From positions 132,556,001 through 132,620,000 of the forward strand of contig OZ024744.1 of assembly GCA_964016885.1 (NCBI GenBank): DNA of 64,000 nucleotides, read 5' to 3'. Shown here one piece after another: positions 23,901-36,844 of this stretch; within the stretch, counting starts at the first letter, position 1; the number at the start of each line of letters is the position of its first letter. Source of the stretch: Eledone cirrhosa. Lineage: Eukaryota. A program made the translations under genes and the position numbers. The notes under the pieces are model-generated. The model was not told the origin of the DNA. It saw only the letters and a program-made list of their open reading frames with translations, and did no database searches.

Positions 23901-24040
23901 TAAGTTGGGGTTAAGTTAAGTTGGGTTTAAGTTAAGTTGGGGTTAAGTTAAGTTGGGGTTAAATTAAGTTGGAGATAAGTTAAGCTGGGGTTAAATTAAG
24001 TTGGGGTTAAGTTAAGTTGGGGTTAGGTTAAGTTGGGGTT

Positions 24041-24336
24041 AACCCCAACTTAACTTAACCCCAACTTAACTTAGCCCCAACTTCACTCAACCCCAACTTA
24101 ACTTAACCCCAACTTCACTCAACCCCAACTTAACTCAACCCCAACTTAAGTTAACCCCAACTTAACTTAACCCTAACTTAACTTAACCCCGACTTAACTT
24201 AACCCCGACTTAACTTAACCCCAACTTAACTTAACCCCAACTTAACTTAACCCCAACTTAACTTAATCCCAACTTGACTTAACCCCAACTTAACGCACAC
24301 CCAACTTAACTTACCCCCAACTTAACTTAACCCCAA
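24041..24336 (-). repeat. Inverted cassette, class alpha
   Basis: Ends CCCCAA|AATCGGAGTTACG; CGCACACCC variant. Confidence 0.96.
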
Positions 24337-26084
24337 AATCGGAGTTACGTTAAGTTGGGGTTAAGTTAAGTTAGGCTTAACTTAAGTTGGGCTTAAGTTA
24401 AGTTGGGGGTAAGTTAAGTTGGGGGTAAGTTAAGTTGGGGTTAATTTAAGTTGGGGTTAAGTTAAGTGGTGGTTATGTTAAGTTGGGGTTAAGTTAAGTT
24501 GGGGTTAAATTAAGTTGGGGTTAAGTTAAGTTGGGTGTAAGTTAAGTTGGGGTTGAGTGAAGTTGGGGTTAAGTTAAGTTGGGGTTAAGTAGAGTTGGGG
24601 TTAAGTTAAGTTGGGGTTAAGTTAAGTTGGTGTTAAGTCGGGGTTAAGTTAAGTTGGGGTTGAGTTAAGTTGGGGTTATTTTAAGTTGAGGTTATGTTAA
24701 GTTGGGGTTAATTTAAGTTGGGGTTAAGTTAAGTTGGGGTCAATTTAAGTTGGGGTTAAGTTCAGTTGGGGTTAATTTAAGTTGGGGTTAAGTTAAGTTG
24801 GGTTTAAGTTAAGTTGGGGTTAAGTTAAGTTGGGGTTGAGTTAAGTTGGGTTTAAGTTAAGTTGGGGCTAAGTTAAGTTGGGTCTAATTTGAGTTGGGGT
24901 TAAGTTAAGTTGGGGTTAAGTTAAGTTGAGGTTAAATTAAGTTGGGGTTAATTAAGTTGGGGTTAAGTTAAGTTGGGGTTAAGTTAAGTTGAGTTTAAGT
25001 TAACTTGGGGTTAAGTTAAGTTGGGGTTAAGTTAAGTTGGGGTTGAGTTAAGTTGGGGTTGAGTTAAGTTGGGGTTAAGTTAAGTTGGGGTTAAGTTAAG
25101 TTGGGGTTAAGTTAAGTTGGGGTTAATTTAAGTTCGGGTTAAGTTAAGTTCGGGGTAAGCTAAGTTGGGGTTCAGTTAAATCGGGTCTAAGTTAAGTGGG
25201 AGGTTAAGTTAAGTTGGGGTTGAGTTAAGTTGTGGTTAAGTTAACTTGGGGTTAAGTTAAGTTAAGTTTGAGTTAAGTTGGGGTTAAGTTGGGGTTAAGT
25301 TAAGTTGGGGTTAAGTTACGTTGGGGTTAAGTTAAGTTGGGGTTAAGTTGAGGTTAAGTTAAGTTGTGGTTAAGTTAAGTTGGGGCTAAGTTAAGTTGGG
25401 GCTAAGTTAATTTGGGGTTAAGTTAAGTTGGGGTTAATTTAAGTTGGGGTTAGGTTAAGTTGGGGATAAGTTAAGTTGGGGATAAGTTAAGTTGGGGTTA
25501 AGTTAAGTTGGGTTTAAGTTAAGCTGGGGTTAAGTTAAGTTGGGGTTAAGTTGGGGTTAAGTTAAGTTAGGGTTAAGTTAAGTTGGGGTTGACTTAAGTT
25601 GGGGTTAAGTTAAGTGGTGGTTATGTTAAGTTGGGGTTAAGTTAAGTTGGGGTTAAATTAAGTGGGGTTAACTTAAGTTGGGTGTAAGTTAAGTTGGGGT
25701 TGAGTGAAGTTGGGGTTAAGTTAAGTTGGGGTTAAGTTAAGTTAGGGTTAATTTAAGTTGGGGTTATGATAAGTTGGTGTTAAGTTAAGTTGGGGTTAAG
25801 TCGAGTTGGGGTTAAGTTAAGTTGGGGTTAAGTTAAATTGGTGTTAAGTTAAGTTGGGGTTAAGTTAAGTTGGGGTTAGTTAAGTTGAGTTTAAGTTAAG
25901 TTGGGGTTAATTTAAGTTGGGGTTAAGTTAAGTTGGGGTTCAGTTAAGTTGGGGTTAAGTTAAGTTGGGGTTGAGTTAAGTTGTGGTTAAGTTAAGTTGG
26001 GGTTAGGTTAAGTTGGGGTTAAGTTAAGCTGGGGTTAAATTAAGTTGGGGTTAAGTTAAGTTGGGGTTAGGTTAAGTTGGGGTT

Positions 26085-26349
26085 AACCCCAACTTCACTC
26101 AACCCCAACTTAACTTAACCCCAACTTCACTCAACCCCAACTTAACTCAACCCCAACTTAACTTAACCCCAACTTAACTTAACCCTAACTTAACTTAACC
26201 CCGACTTAAACTTAACCCCGACTTAACTTAACCCCAACTTAACTTAACCCCAACTTAACTTAACCCCAACTTAACTTAATCCCAACTTGACTTAACCCCA
26301 ACTTAACTCACACCCAACTTAACTTACCCCCAACTTAACTTAACCCCAA
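26085..26349 (-). repeat. Inverted cassette, class gamma
   Basis: CGACTTAAACTT variant; ends CCCCAA|AGTCGGAGTTAAG. Confidence 0.96.
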
Positions 26350-29300
26350 AGTCGGAGTTAAGTTAAGTTGGGGTTAAGTTAAGTTAGGCTTAACTTAAGT
26401 TGGGGTTAAGTTAAGTTGGGGGTAAGTTAAGTTGGGGGTAAGTTAAGTTGGGGTTAAGTTAAGTTGGGGTTAAGATAAGTGGTGGTTATGTTAAGTTGAG
26501 GTTAAGTTAAGTTAGGGTTAAATTAAGTTGGGGTTAAGTTAAGTTGGGTGTAAGTTAAGTTGGGGTTGAGTGAAGTTGGGGTTAAGTTAAGTTGGGGTTA
26601 AGTAGAGTTGGGGTTAAGTTAAGTTGGGGTTAAGTTAAGTTGGTGTTAAGTTGGGGTTAAGTTAAGTTGGGGTTAAGTTGGGGTTAAGTTAAGTGGTGGT
26701 TATGTTAAGTTGGGGTTAACTTAAGTTGGGGTTAATTTAAATTGGGGTTAAGTTAACTTTGTGGTTAAGTTAAGTTGGGGTTAAGTTAAGTTGGGGTTAA
26801 ATTAAGTTGGGGTTGAGTGAAGTTGGGGTTAAGTTAAGTTGGGGTTAAGTTAAGTTGGGGTTAACTTAAGTTGGGTTTAAGTTAAGTTGCGGTTAAGTTA
26901 AGTTGGGGTTAAGTTAAGTTGGGGTTAAGTTAAGTCGGGGTTAATTTAAGTTGGGGTTGAGTTAAGTTGGGGTTAATTTAAGTTGAGGTTATGTTAAGTT
27001 GGGGTTAATTTAAATTGGGGTTAAGTTAAGTTGGGGTTAAGTTAAGTTGGGGTTAATTTAAGTTGGGATTAAGTTCAGTTGGGGTTAAATTAAGTTGGGG
27101 TTAAGTTAAGCTGGGGTTAAATTAAGTTGGGGTTAAGTTAAGTTGGGGTTAAGTTAAGTTGGGGTTAAGTTAAGTTAGGGTTAATTTAAGTTGGGGTTAT
27201 GTTAAGTTGGGGTTAAGTTAAGTTGGGGTTAAGTCGAGTTGGGGTTAAGTTAAGTTGGGGTTAGTTAAGTTGAGTTTAAGTTAAGTTGGGGTTAATTTAA
27301 GTTGGGGTTAAGTTAAGTTGGGGTTCAGTTAAGTTGGGGTTAAGTTAAGTTGGGGTTAAGTTAAGTTGGTTTAAGTTAAGTTGGGGTTAGGTTAAGTTGG
27401 GGATAAGTTAAGTTGGGGATAAGCTAAGTTGGGGTTAAGTTAAGTTGGGTTTAAGTTAAGTTGGGGTTAAGTTAAGTTAGGCTTAACTTAAGTTGGGGTT
27501 AAGTTAAGTTGGGGGTAAATTAAGTTGGGGGTAAGTTAAGTTGGGGTTAAGTTAAGTTGGGGTTAAGTTAAGTGGTGGTTATGTTAAGTTGGGGTTAAGT
27601 TAAGTTGGGGTTAAATTAAGTTGGGGTTAAGTTATGTTGGGTGTAAGTTAAGTTGGGGTTGAGTGAAGTTGGGGTTAAGTTAAGTTGGGGTTAAGTTAAG
27701 TTAGGGTTAATTTAAGTTGGGGTTATGTTAAGTTGGGGTTAAGTTAAGTTGGGGTTAAGTAGAGTTGTGGTTAAGTTAAGTTGGGGTTAAGTTAAGTTGG
27801 TGTTAAGTTGGGGTTAAGTTAAGTTGGGGTTAAGTTAAGTCGGGGTTAAGTTAAGTTGGGGTTGAGTTAAGTTGGGGTTAATTTAAGTTGAGGTTATGTT
27901 AAGTTGGGGTTAATTTAAGTTGGGGTTAATTTAAGTTGGGGTTAAGTTAAGTTGGGGTTAAGTTGAGGTTAAGTTAAGTTGTGGTTAAGTTAAGTTGGGG
28001 CTAAGTTAAGTTGGGGCTAAGTTAAGTTGGGGCTAAGTTAAGTTGGGGTTAAGTTAAGTTGGGGTTAAGTTAAGTTGGGTTTAATTTAATTTGGGGTCAA
28101 CTTAAGTTGGGGTTAAGTTGAGTTGGGGTTAAATTAAGTTGGGGTTAATTTAAGTTGGGGCTAAGTTAAGTTGGGGCTGAGTTAAGTTGGGGTTAAGCTA
28201 AGTTGGGGGTAAGTTAAGTTGGGGGTAAGTTAAATTGGGGTTAAGTTAAGTTGGGGTTGAGTGAAGTTGGGGTTAAGTTAAGTTGGGGTTAAGTTAAGTT
28301 AGGGTTAATTTAAGTTGGGGTTAAGTTAAGTTGGGGTTAACTTAAGTTGGGGTTAAGTTAAGTTGGGGTTAATTTAGGTTGGGGTTAAGTTAAGTTGGGG
28401 TTAAGATAAGTTGGGGTTAAGTTAAATTGAGATTAAGTTAACTTGGGTTTGAGTTAAGTTGGGGATAAGTCAAGTGGTGGTTATGTTAAGTTGGGGTTAA
28501 GTTAAGTTGGGGTTAAATTAAGTTGGGGTTAAGTTAAGTTGGGTGTAAGCTAAGTTGGGGTTGAGTGAAGTTGGGGTTAAGTTAAGTTGGGGTTAAGTAG
28601 AGTTGGGGTTAAGTTAAGTTGGGGTTAAGTTAAGTTGGTGTTAAGTTGGGGTTAAGTTAAGTTGGGGTTAAGTTAAGTTGGGGTTGAGTGAAGTTGGGGT
28701 TAAGTTAAGTTGGGGTTAAATTAAGTTGGGGTTAACTTAAGTTGGGTTTAAGTTAAGTTGCGGTTAAGTTAAGTTGGGGTTAAGTTAAGTTGGGGTTAAG
28801 TTAAGTCGGGGTTAAGTTAAGTTGGGGTTGAGTTAAGTTGGGGTTATTTTAAGTTGAGGTTATGTTAAGTTGGGGTTAATTTAAGTTGGGGTTAAGTTAA
28901 GTTGGGGTCAATTTAAGTTGGGGTTAAGTTCAGTTGGGGTTAATTTAAGTTGGGGTTAAGTTAAGTTGGGTTTAAGTTAAGTTGGGTTTAAGTTAAGTTG
29001 GGGTTAAGTTAAGTTGGGTTTAAGTTAAGTTGGGGCTAAGTTAAGTTGGGTCTAATTTGAGTTGGGGTTAAGTTAAGTTGGGGTTAAGTTAAGTTGAGGT
29101 TAAATTAAGTTGGGGTTAATTAAGTTGGGGTTAAGTTAAGTTGGGGTTAAGTTAAGTTGAGGTTAAGTTAACTTGGGGTTAAGTTAAGTTGGGGTTAAGT
29201 TAAGTTGGGGTTGAGTTAAGTTGGGGTTGAGTTAAGTTGGGGTTAAGTTAAGTTGGGGTTAAGTTAAGTTGGGGTTAAGTTAAGTTGGGGTTAATTTAAG

Positions 29301-30193
29301 TTCGGGTTAAGTTAAGTTCGGGGTAAGCTAAGTTGGGGTTCAGTTAAATCGGGTCTAAGTTAAGTGGGAGGTTAAGTTAAGTTGGGGTTGAGTTAAGTTG
29401 TGGTTAAGTTAACTTGGGGTTAAGTTAAGTTAAGTTTGAGTTAAGTTGGGGTTAAGTTGGGGTTAAGTTAAGTTGGGGTTAAGTTACGTTGGGGTTAAGT
29501 TAAGTTGGGGTTAAGTTGAGGTTAAGTTAAGTTGTGGTTAAGTTAAGTTGGGGCTAAGTTAAGTTGGGGCTAAGTTAATTTGGGGTTAAGTTAAGTTGGG
29601 GTTAATTTAAGTTGGGGTTAGGTTAAGTTGGGGATAAGTTAAGTTGGGGATAAGTTAAGTTGGGGTTAAGTTAAGTTGGGTTTAAGTTAAGCTGGGGTTA
29701 AGTTAAGTTGGGGTTAAATTAAGTTGGGGTTAAGTTAAGTTTGGGTTAGGTTAAGTTGGGGATAAGTTAAGTTGGGGATAAGTTAAGTTGGGGTTAAGTT
29801 AAGTTGGGTTTAAGTTAAGTTGGGGTTAAGTTAAGTTGGGGTTAAGTTAAGTTGGGGTTAAGTTAAGTTGCGGTTAGTTAAGTTGAGTTTAAGTTAAGTT
29901 GGGGTTAATTTAAGTTGGGGTTAAGTTAAGTTGGGGTTCAGTTCAGTTGGGGTTAAGTCAAGTTGGGGTTAAGTTAAGTTGGGGTTAAGTTAAGTTGGGG
30001 TTAGGTTAAGTTGGGGATAATTTAAGTTGGGGATAAGCTAAGTTGGGGTTAAGTTAAGTTGGGTTTAAGTTAAGTTGGGGTTAAGTTAAGTTGGGGTTAA
30101 ATTAAGTTGGGGTTAAGTTAAGCTGGGGTTAAATTAAGTTGGGGTTATGTTAAGTTGGGGTTAAGTTAAGTTGGGGTTAGTTTAAGTGGGGTT

Positions 30194-30538
30194 AACCCCA
30201 ACTTAACTTAACCCCAACTTAACTTAACCCCAACTTCACTCAACCCCAACTTAAATTAACCCCAACTTCACTCAACCCCAACTTAACTCAACCCCAACTT
30301 AAATTAACCCCAACTTAACTTAACCCTGACTTAACTTAACCCCGACTTAACTTAACCCCGACTTAACTTAACCCCAACTTAACTTAAACCCCAACTTAAC
30401 TTAACCCCAACTTAACTTAACCCCAACTTGACTTAACCCCAACTTAACTCACACCCAACTTAACTTACCCCTAACTTAACTTAACCACAACTTGACGTAA
30501 ACCCAACTTAACTTAACCCCAACTTAACTTAACCCCAA
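30194..30538 (-). repeat. Inverted cassette, class beta
   Basis: Matches 14446-14790 (offset 15748). Confidence 0.96.
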
Positions 30539-31197
30539 AGTCGGAGTTCAGTTAAGTTGGGGTTCAGTTAAGTTAGGCTTAACTTAAGTTGGGGTTGAGT
30601 TAAGTTGGGGGTAAGTTAAGTTGGGGGTAAGTTAAGTTGGGGTTAAGTTAAGTTGGGGTTAAGTTGGGGTTAAGTTAAGTTAGGGTTAAGTTAAGTTGGG
30701 GTTGACTTAAGTTGGGGTTAAGTTAAGTGGTGGTTATGTTAAGTTGGGGTTAAGTTAAGTTGGGGTTAAATTAAGTGGGGTTAACTTAAGTTGGGTGTAA
30801 GTTAAGTTGGGGTTGAGTGAAGTTGGGGTTAAGTTAAGTTGGGGTTAAGTTAAGTTAGGGTTAATTTAAGTTGGGGTTATGATAAGTTGGTGTTAAGTTA
30901 AGTTGGGGTTAAGTCGAGTTGGGGTTAAGTTAAGTTGGGGTTAAGTTAAATTGGTGTTAAGTTAAGTTGGGGTTAAGTTAAGTTGGGGTTAGTTAAGTTG
31001 AGTTTAAGTTAAGTTGGGGTTAATTTAAGTTGGGGTTAAGTTAAGTTGGGGTTCAGTTAAGTTGGGGTTAAGTTAAGTTGGGGTTGAGTTAAGTTGTGGT
31101 TAAGTTAAGTTGGGGTTAGGTTAAGTTGGGGTTAAGTTAAGCTGGGGTTAAATTAAGTTGGGGTTAAGTTAAGTTGGGGTTAGGTTAAGTTGGGGTT

Positions 31198-31462
31198 AAC
31201 CCCAACTTCACTCAACCCCAACTTAACTTAACCCCAACTTCACTCAACCCCAACTTAACTCAACCCCAACTTAACTTAACCCCAACTTAACTTAACCCTA
31301 ACTTAACTTAACCCCGACTTAAACTTAACCCCGACTTAACTTAACCCCAACTTAACTTAACCCCAACTTAACTTAACCCCAACTTAACTTAATCCCAACT
31401 TGACTTAACCCCAACTTAACTCACACCCAACTTAACTTACCCCCAACTTAACTTAACCCCAA
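31198..31462 (-). repeat. Inverted cassette, class gamma
   Basis: Matches 15450-15714 (offset 15748). Confidence 0.96.
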
Positions 31463-34400
31463 AGTCGGAGTTAAGTTAAGTTGGGGTTAAGTTAAGTTAG
31501 GCTTAACTTAAGTTGGGGTTAAGTTAAGTTGGGGGTAAGTTAAGTTGGGGGTAAGTTAAGTTGGGGTTAAGTTAAGTTGGGGTTAAGATAAGTGGTGGTT
31601 ATGTTAAGTTGAGGTTAAGTTAAGTTAGGGTTAAATTAAGTTGGGGTTAAGTTAAGTTGGGTGTAAGTTAAGTTGGGGTTGAGTGAAGTTGGGGTTAAGT
31701 TAAGTTGGGGTTAAGTAGAGTTGGGGTTAAGTTAAGTTGGGGTTAAGTTAAGTTGGTGTTAAGTTTGGGTTAAGTTAAGTTGGGGTTAAGTTGGGGTTAA
31801 GTTAAGTGGTGGTTATGTTAAGTTGGGGTTAACTTAAGTTGGGGTTAATTTAAATTGGGGTTAAGTTAACTTTGTGGTTAAGTTAAGTTGGGGTTAAGTT
31901 AAGTTGGGGTTAAATTAAGTTGGGGTTTAGTGAAGTTGGGGTTAAGTTAAGTTGGGGTTAAGTTAAGTTGGGGTTAACTTAAGTTGGGTTTAAGTTAAGT
32001 TGCGGTTAAGTTAAGTTGGGGTTAAGTTAAGTTGGGGTTAAGTTAAGTCGGGGTTAATTTAAGTTGGGGTTGAGTTAAGTTGGGGTTAATTTAAGTTGAG
32101 GTTATGTTAAGTTGGGGTTAATTTAAGTTGGGGTTAAGTTAAGTTGGGGTTAAGTTAAGTTGGGGTTAATTTAAGTTGGGATTAAGTTCAGTTGGGGTTA
32201 AATTAAGTTGGGGTTAAGTTAAGCTGGGGTTAAATTAAGTTGGGGTTAAGTTAAGTTGGGGTTAAGTTAAGTTGGGGTTAAGTTAAGTTAGGGTTAATTT
32301 AAGTTGGGGTTATGTTAAGTTGGGGTTAAGTTAAGTTGGGGTTAAGTCGAGTTGGGGTTAAGTTAAGTTGGGGTTAGTTAAGTTGAGTTTAAGTTAAGTT
32401 GGGGTTAATTTAAGTTGGGGTTAAGTTAAGTTGGGGTTCAGTTAAGTTGGGGTTAAGTTAAGTTGGGGTTAAGTTAAGTTGGTTTAAGTTAAGTTGGGGT
32501 TAGGTTAAGTTGGGGATAAGTTAAGTTGGGGATAAGCTAAGTTGGGGTTAAGTTAAGTTGGGTTTAAGTTAAGTTGGGGTTAAGTTAAGTTAGGCTTAAC
32601 TTAAGTTGGGGTTAAGTTAAGTTGGGGGTAAATTAAGTTGGGGGTAAGTTAAGTTGGGGTTAAGTTAAGTTGGGGTTAAGTTAAGTGGTGGTTATGTTAA
32701 GTTGGGGTTAAGTTAAGTTGGGGTTAAATTAAGTTGGGGTTAAGTTATGTTGGGTGTAAGTTAAGTTGGGGTTGAGTGAAGTTGGGGTTAAGTTAAGTTG
32801 GGGTTAAGTTAAGTTAGGGTTAATTTAAGTTGGGGTTATGTTAAGTTGGGGTTAAGTTAAGTTGGGGTTAAGTAGAGTTGTGGTTAAGTTAAGTTGGGGT
32901 TAAGTTAAGTTGGTGTTAAGTTGGGGTTAAGTTAAGTTGGGGTTAAGTTAAGTCGGGGTTAAGTTAAGTTGGGGTTGAGTTAAGTTGGGGTTAATTTAAG
33001 TTGAGGTTATGTTAAGTTGGGGTTAATTTAAGTTGGGGTTAATTTAAGTTGGGGTTAAGTTAAGTTGGGGTTAAGTTGAGGTTAAGTTAAGTTGTGGTTA
33101 AGTTAAGTTGGGGCTAAGTTAAGTTGGGGCTAAGTTAAGTTGGGGCTAAGTTAAGTTGGGGTTAAGTTAAGTTGGGGTTAAGTTAAGTTGGGTTTAATTT
33201 AATTTGGGGTCAACTTAAGTTGGGGTTAAGTTGAGTTGGGGTTAAATTAAGTTGGGGTTAATTTAAGTTGGGGCTAAGTTAAGTTGGGGCTGAGTTAAGT
33301 TGGGGTTAAGTTAAGTTGGGGTTAAGTTAAGTTGGGGTTAAGTTAATTTTGGGTTAAGTTAAGTTGTGGTTCAGTTAAGTTGGGGTTAAGTTAAGTTTGG
33401 GTTAATTTGGGGTTAAATTAAGTTGGGGTTAAGTTAAGTTGGGGTTAAGTTAAGTTGGGGTTAAGTTAAGTTGGGGTTAATTTAAGTTGGGGTTAAGTTA
33501 AGTCGGGGTTAAGTTAAGTCGGTGTTAAGTTAAGTTAGGGTTAAGTTAAGTTGGGGTTAAGTTAAGTTGGCTTTAAGTTAAGCTGGGGTTAAGTTAAGTT
33601 GGGGTTAAATTAAGTTGGGGTTAAGTTAAGTTGGGGTTAGGTTAAGTTTGGGTTAGGTTAAGTTGGGGTTAAATTAAGTTGGGGTTAAGTTAAGTTGGGG
33701 TTAAGTTAAGTTGGGGTTAGGTTAAGTTGGGGATAAGTTAAGTTGGGGATAATTTAAGTTGGGGTTAAGTTAAGTTGGGTTTAAGTTAAGCTGGGGTTAA
33801 GTTAAGTTGGGGTTAAATTAAGTTGGGGTTAAGTTAAGTTGGGGTTAAGTTAAGTTTGGGTTAGGTTAAGTTGGGGATTAGTTAAGTTGGGGATAAGTTA
33901 AGTTGGGGTTAAGTTAAGTTGGGTTTAAGTTAAGTTGTGGTTAAGTTAAGTTGGGGTTAAGTTAAGTTGGGGCTTAAGTTAAGTTGGGGTTAGGTTAAGT
34001 TGGGGATAAGTTAAGTTGGGGATAATTTAAGTTGGGGTTAAGTTAAGTTGGGTTTAAGTTAAGCTGGGGTTAAGTTAAGTTGGGGTTAAATTAAGTTGGG
34101 GTTAAGTTAAGTTGGGGTTAAGTTAAGTTTGGGTTAGGTTAAGTTGGGGATTAGTTAAGTTGGGGATAAGTTAAGTTGGGGTTAAGTTAAGTTGGGTTTA
34201 AGTTAAGTTGTGGTTAAGTTAAGCTGGGGTTAAGTTAAGTTGGGGTTAAATTAAGTTGGGGTTAATTTAAGTTGGGGTTAAGTTAAGTTGGGGTTCAGTT
34301 AAGTTGGGGATAAGTCAAGTTGGGGTTAAGTTAAGTTGGGGTTAAGTTAAGTTGGGGTTAGGTTAAGTTGGGGATAAGTTAAGTTGGGGATAAGCTAAGT

Positions 34401-34535
34401 TGGGGTTAAGTTAAGTTGGGTTTAAGTTAAGTTGGGGTTAAGTTAAGTTGGGGTTAAATTAAGTTGGAGATAAGTTAAGCTGGGGTTAAATTAAGTTGGG
34501 GTTAAGTTAAGTTGGGGTTAGGTTAAGTTGGGGTT

Positions 34536-34831
34536 AACCCCAACTTAACTTAACCCCAACTTAACTTAGCCCCAACTTCACTCAACCCCAACTTAACTTA
34601 ACCCCAACTTCACTCAACCCCAACTTAACTCAACCCCAACTTAAGTTAACCCCAACTTAACTTAACCCTAACTTAACTTAACCCCGACTTAACTTAACCC
34701 CGACTTAACTTAACCCCAACTTAACTTAACCCCAACTTAACTTAACCCCAACTTAACTTAATCCCAACTTGACTTAACCCCAACTTAACGCACACCCAAC
34801 TTAACTTACCCCCAACTTAACTTAACCCCAA
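34536..34831 (-). repeat. Inverted cassette, class alpha
   Basis: Matches 18788-19083 (offset 15748). Confidence 0.96.
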
Positions 34832-36579
34832 AATCGGAGTTACGTTAAGTTGGGGTTAAGTTAAGTTAGGCTTAACTTAAGTTGGGCTTAAGTTAAGTTG
34901 GGGGTAAGTTAAGTTGGGGGTAAGTTAAGTTGGGGTTAATTTAAGTTGGGGTTAAGTTAAGTGGTGGTTATGTTAAGTTGGGGTTAAGTTAAGTTGGGGT
35001 TAAATTAAGTTGGGGTTAAGTTAAGTTGGGTGTAAGTTAAGTTGGGGTTGAGTGAAGTTGGGGTTAAGTTAAGTTGGGGTTAAGTAGAGTTGGGGTTAAG
35101 TTAAGTTGGGGTTAAGTTAAGTTGGTGTTAAGTCGGGGTTAAGTTAAGTTGGGGTTGAGTTAAGTTGGGGTTATTTTAAGTTGAGGTTATGTTAAGTTGG
35201 GGTTAATTTAAGTTGGGGTTAAGTTAAGTTGGGGTCAATTTAAGTTGGGGTTAAGTTCAGTTGGGGTTAATTTAAGTTGGGGTTAAGTTAAGTTGGGTTT
35301 AAGTTAAGTTGGGGTTAAGTTAAGTTGGGGTTGAGTTAAGTTGGGTTTAAGTTAAGTTGGGGCTAAGTTAAGTTGGGTCTAATTTGAGTTGGGGTTAAGT
35401 TAAGTTGGGGTTAAGTTAAGTTGAGGTTAAATTAAGTTGGGGTTAATTAAGTTGGGGTTAAGTTAAGTTGGGGTTAAGTTAAGTTGAGGTTAAGTTAACT
35501 TGGGGTTAAGTTAAGTTGGGGTTAAGTTAAGTTGGGGTTGAGTTAAGTTGGGGTTGAGTTAAGTTGGGGTTAAGTTAAGTTGGGGTTAAGTTAAGTTGGG
35601 GTTAAGTTAAGTTGGGGTTAATTTAAGTTCGGGTTAAGTTAAGTTCGGGGTAAGCTAAGTTGGGGTTCAGTTAAATCGGGTCTAAGTTAAGTGGGAGGTT
35701 AAGTTAAGTTGGGGTTGAGTTAAGTTGTGGTTAAGTTAACTTGGGGTTAAGTTAAGTTAAGTTTGAGTTAAGTTGGGGTTAAGTTGGGGTTAAGTTAAGT
35801 TGGGGTTAAGTTACGTTGGGGTTAAGTTAAGTTGGGGTTAAGTTGAGGTTAAGTTAAGTTGTGGTTAAGTTAAGTTGGGGCTAAGTTAAGTTGGGGCTAA
35901 GTTAATTTGGGGTTAAGTTAAGTTGGGGTTAATTTAAGTTGGGGTTAGGTTAAGTTGGGGATAAGTTAAGTTGGGGATAAGTTAAGTTGGGGTTAAGTTA
36001 AGTTGGGTTTAAGTTAAGCTGGGGTTAAGTTAAGTTGGGGTTAAGTTGGGGTTAAGTTAAGTTAGGGTTAAGTTAAGTTGGGGTTGACTTAAGTTGGGGT
36101 TAAGTTAAGTGGTGGTTATGTTAAGTTGGGGTTAAGTTAAGTTGGGGTTAAATTAAGTGGGGTTAACTTAAGTTGGGTGTAAGTTAAGTTGGGGTTGAGT
36201 GAAGTTGGGGTTAAGTTAAGTTGGGGTTAAGTTAAGTTAGGGTTAATTTAAGTTGGGGTTATGATAAGTTGGTGTTAAGTTAAGTTGGGGTTAAGTCGAG
36301 TTGGGGTTAAGTTAAGTTGGGGTTAAGTTAAATTGGTGTTAAGTTAAGTTGGGGTTAAGTTAAGTTGGGGTTAGTTAAGTTGAGTTTAAGTTAAGTTGGG
36401 GTTAATTTAAGTTGGGGTTAAGTTAAGTTGGGGTTCAGTTAAGTTGGGGTTAAGTTAAGTTGGGGTTGAGTTAAGTTGTGGTTAAGTTAAGTTGGGGTTA
36501 GGTTAAGTTGGGGTTAAGTTAAGCTGGGGTTAAATTAAGTTGGGGTTAAGTTAAGTTGGGGTTAGGTTAAGTTGGGGTT

Positions 36580-36844
36580 AACCCCAACTTCACTCAACCC
36601 CAACTTAACTTAACCCCAACTTCACTCAACCCCAACTTAACTCAACCCCAACTTAACTTAACCCCAACTTAACTTAACCCTAACTTAACTTAACCCCGAC
36701 TTAAACTTAACCCCGACTTAACTTAACCCCAACTTAACTTAACCCCAACTTAACTTAACCCCAACTTAACTTAATCCCAACTTGACTTAACCCCAACTTA
36801 ACTCACACCCAACTTAACTTACCCCCAACTTAACTTAACCCCAA
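36580..36844 (-). repeat. Inverted cassette, class gamma
   Basis: Same junctions and variants as the other gamma copies. Confidence 0.96.
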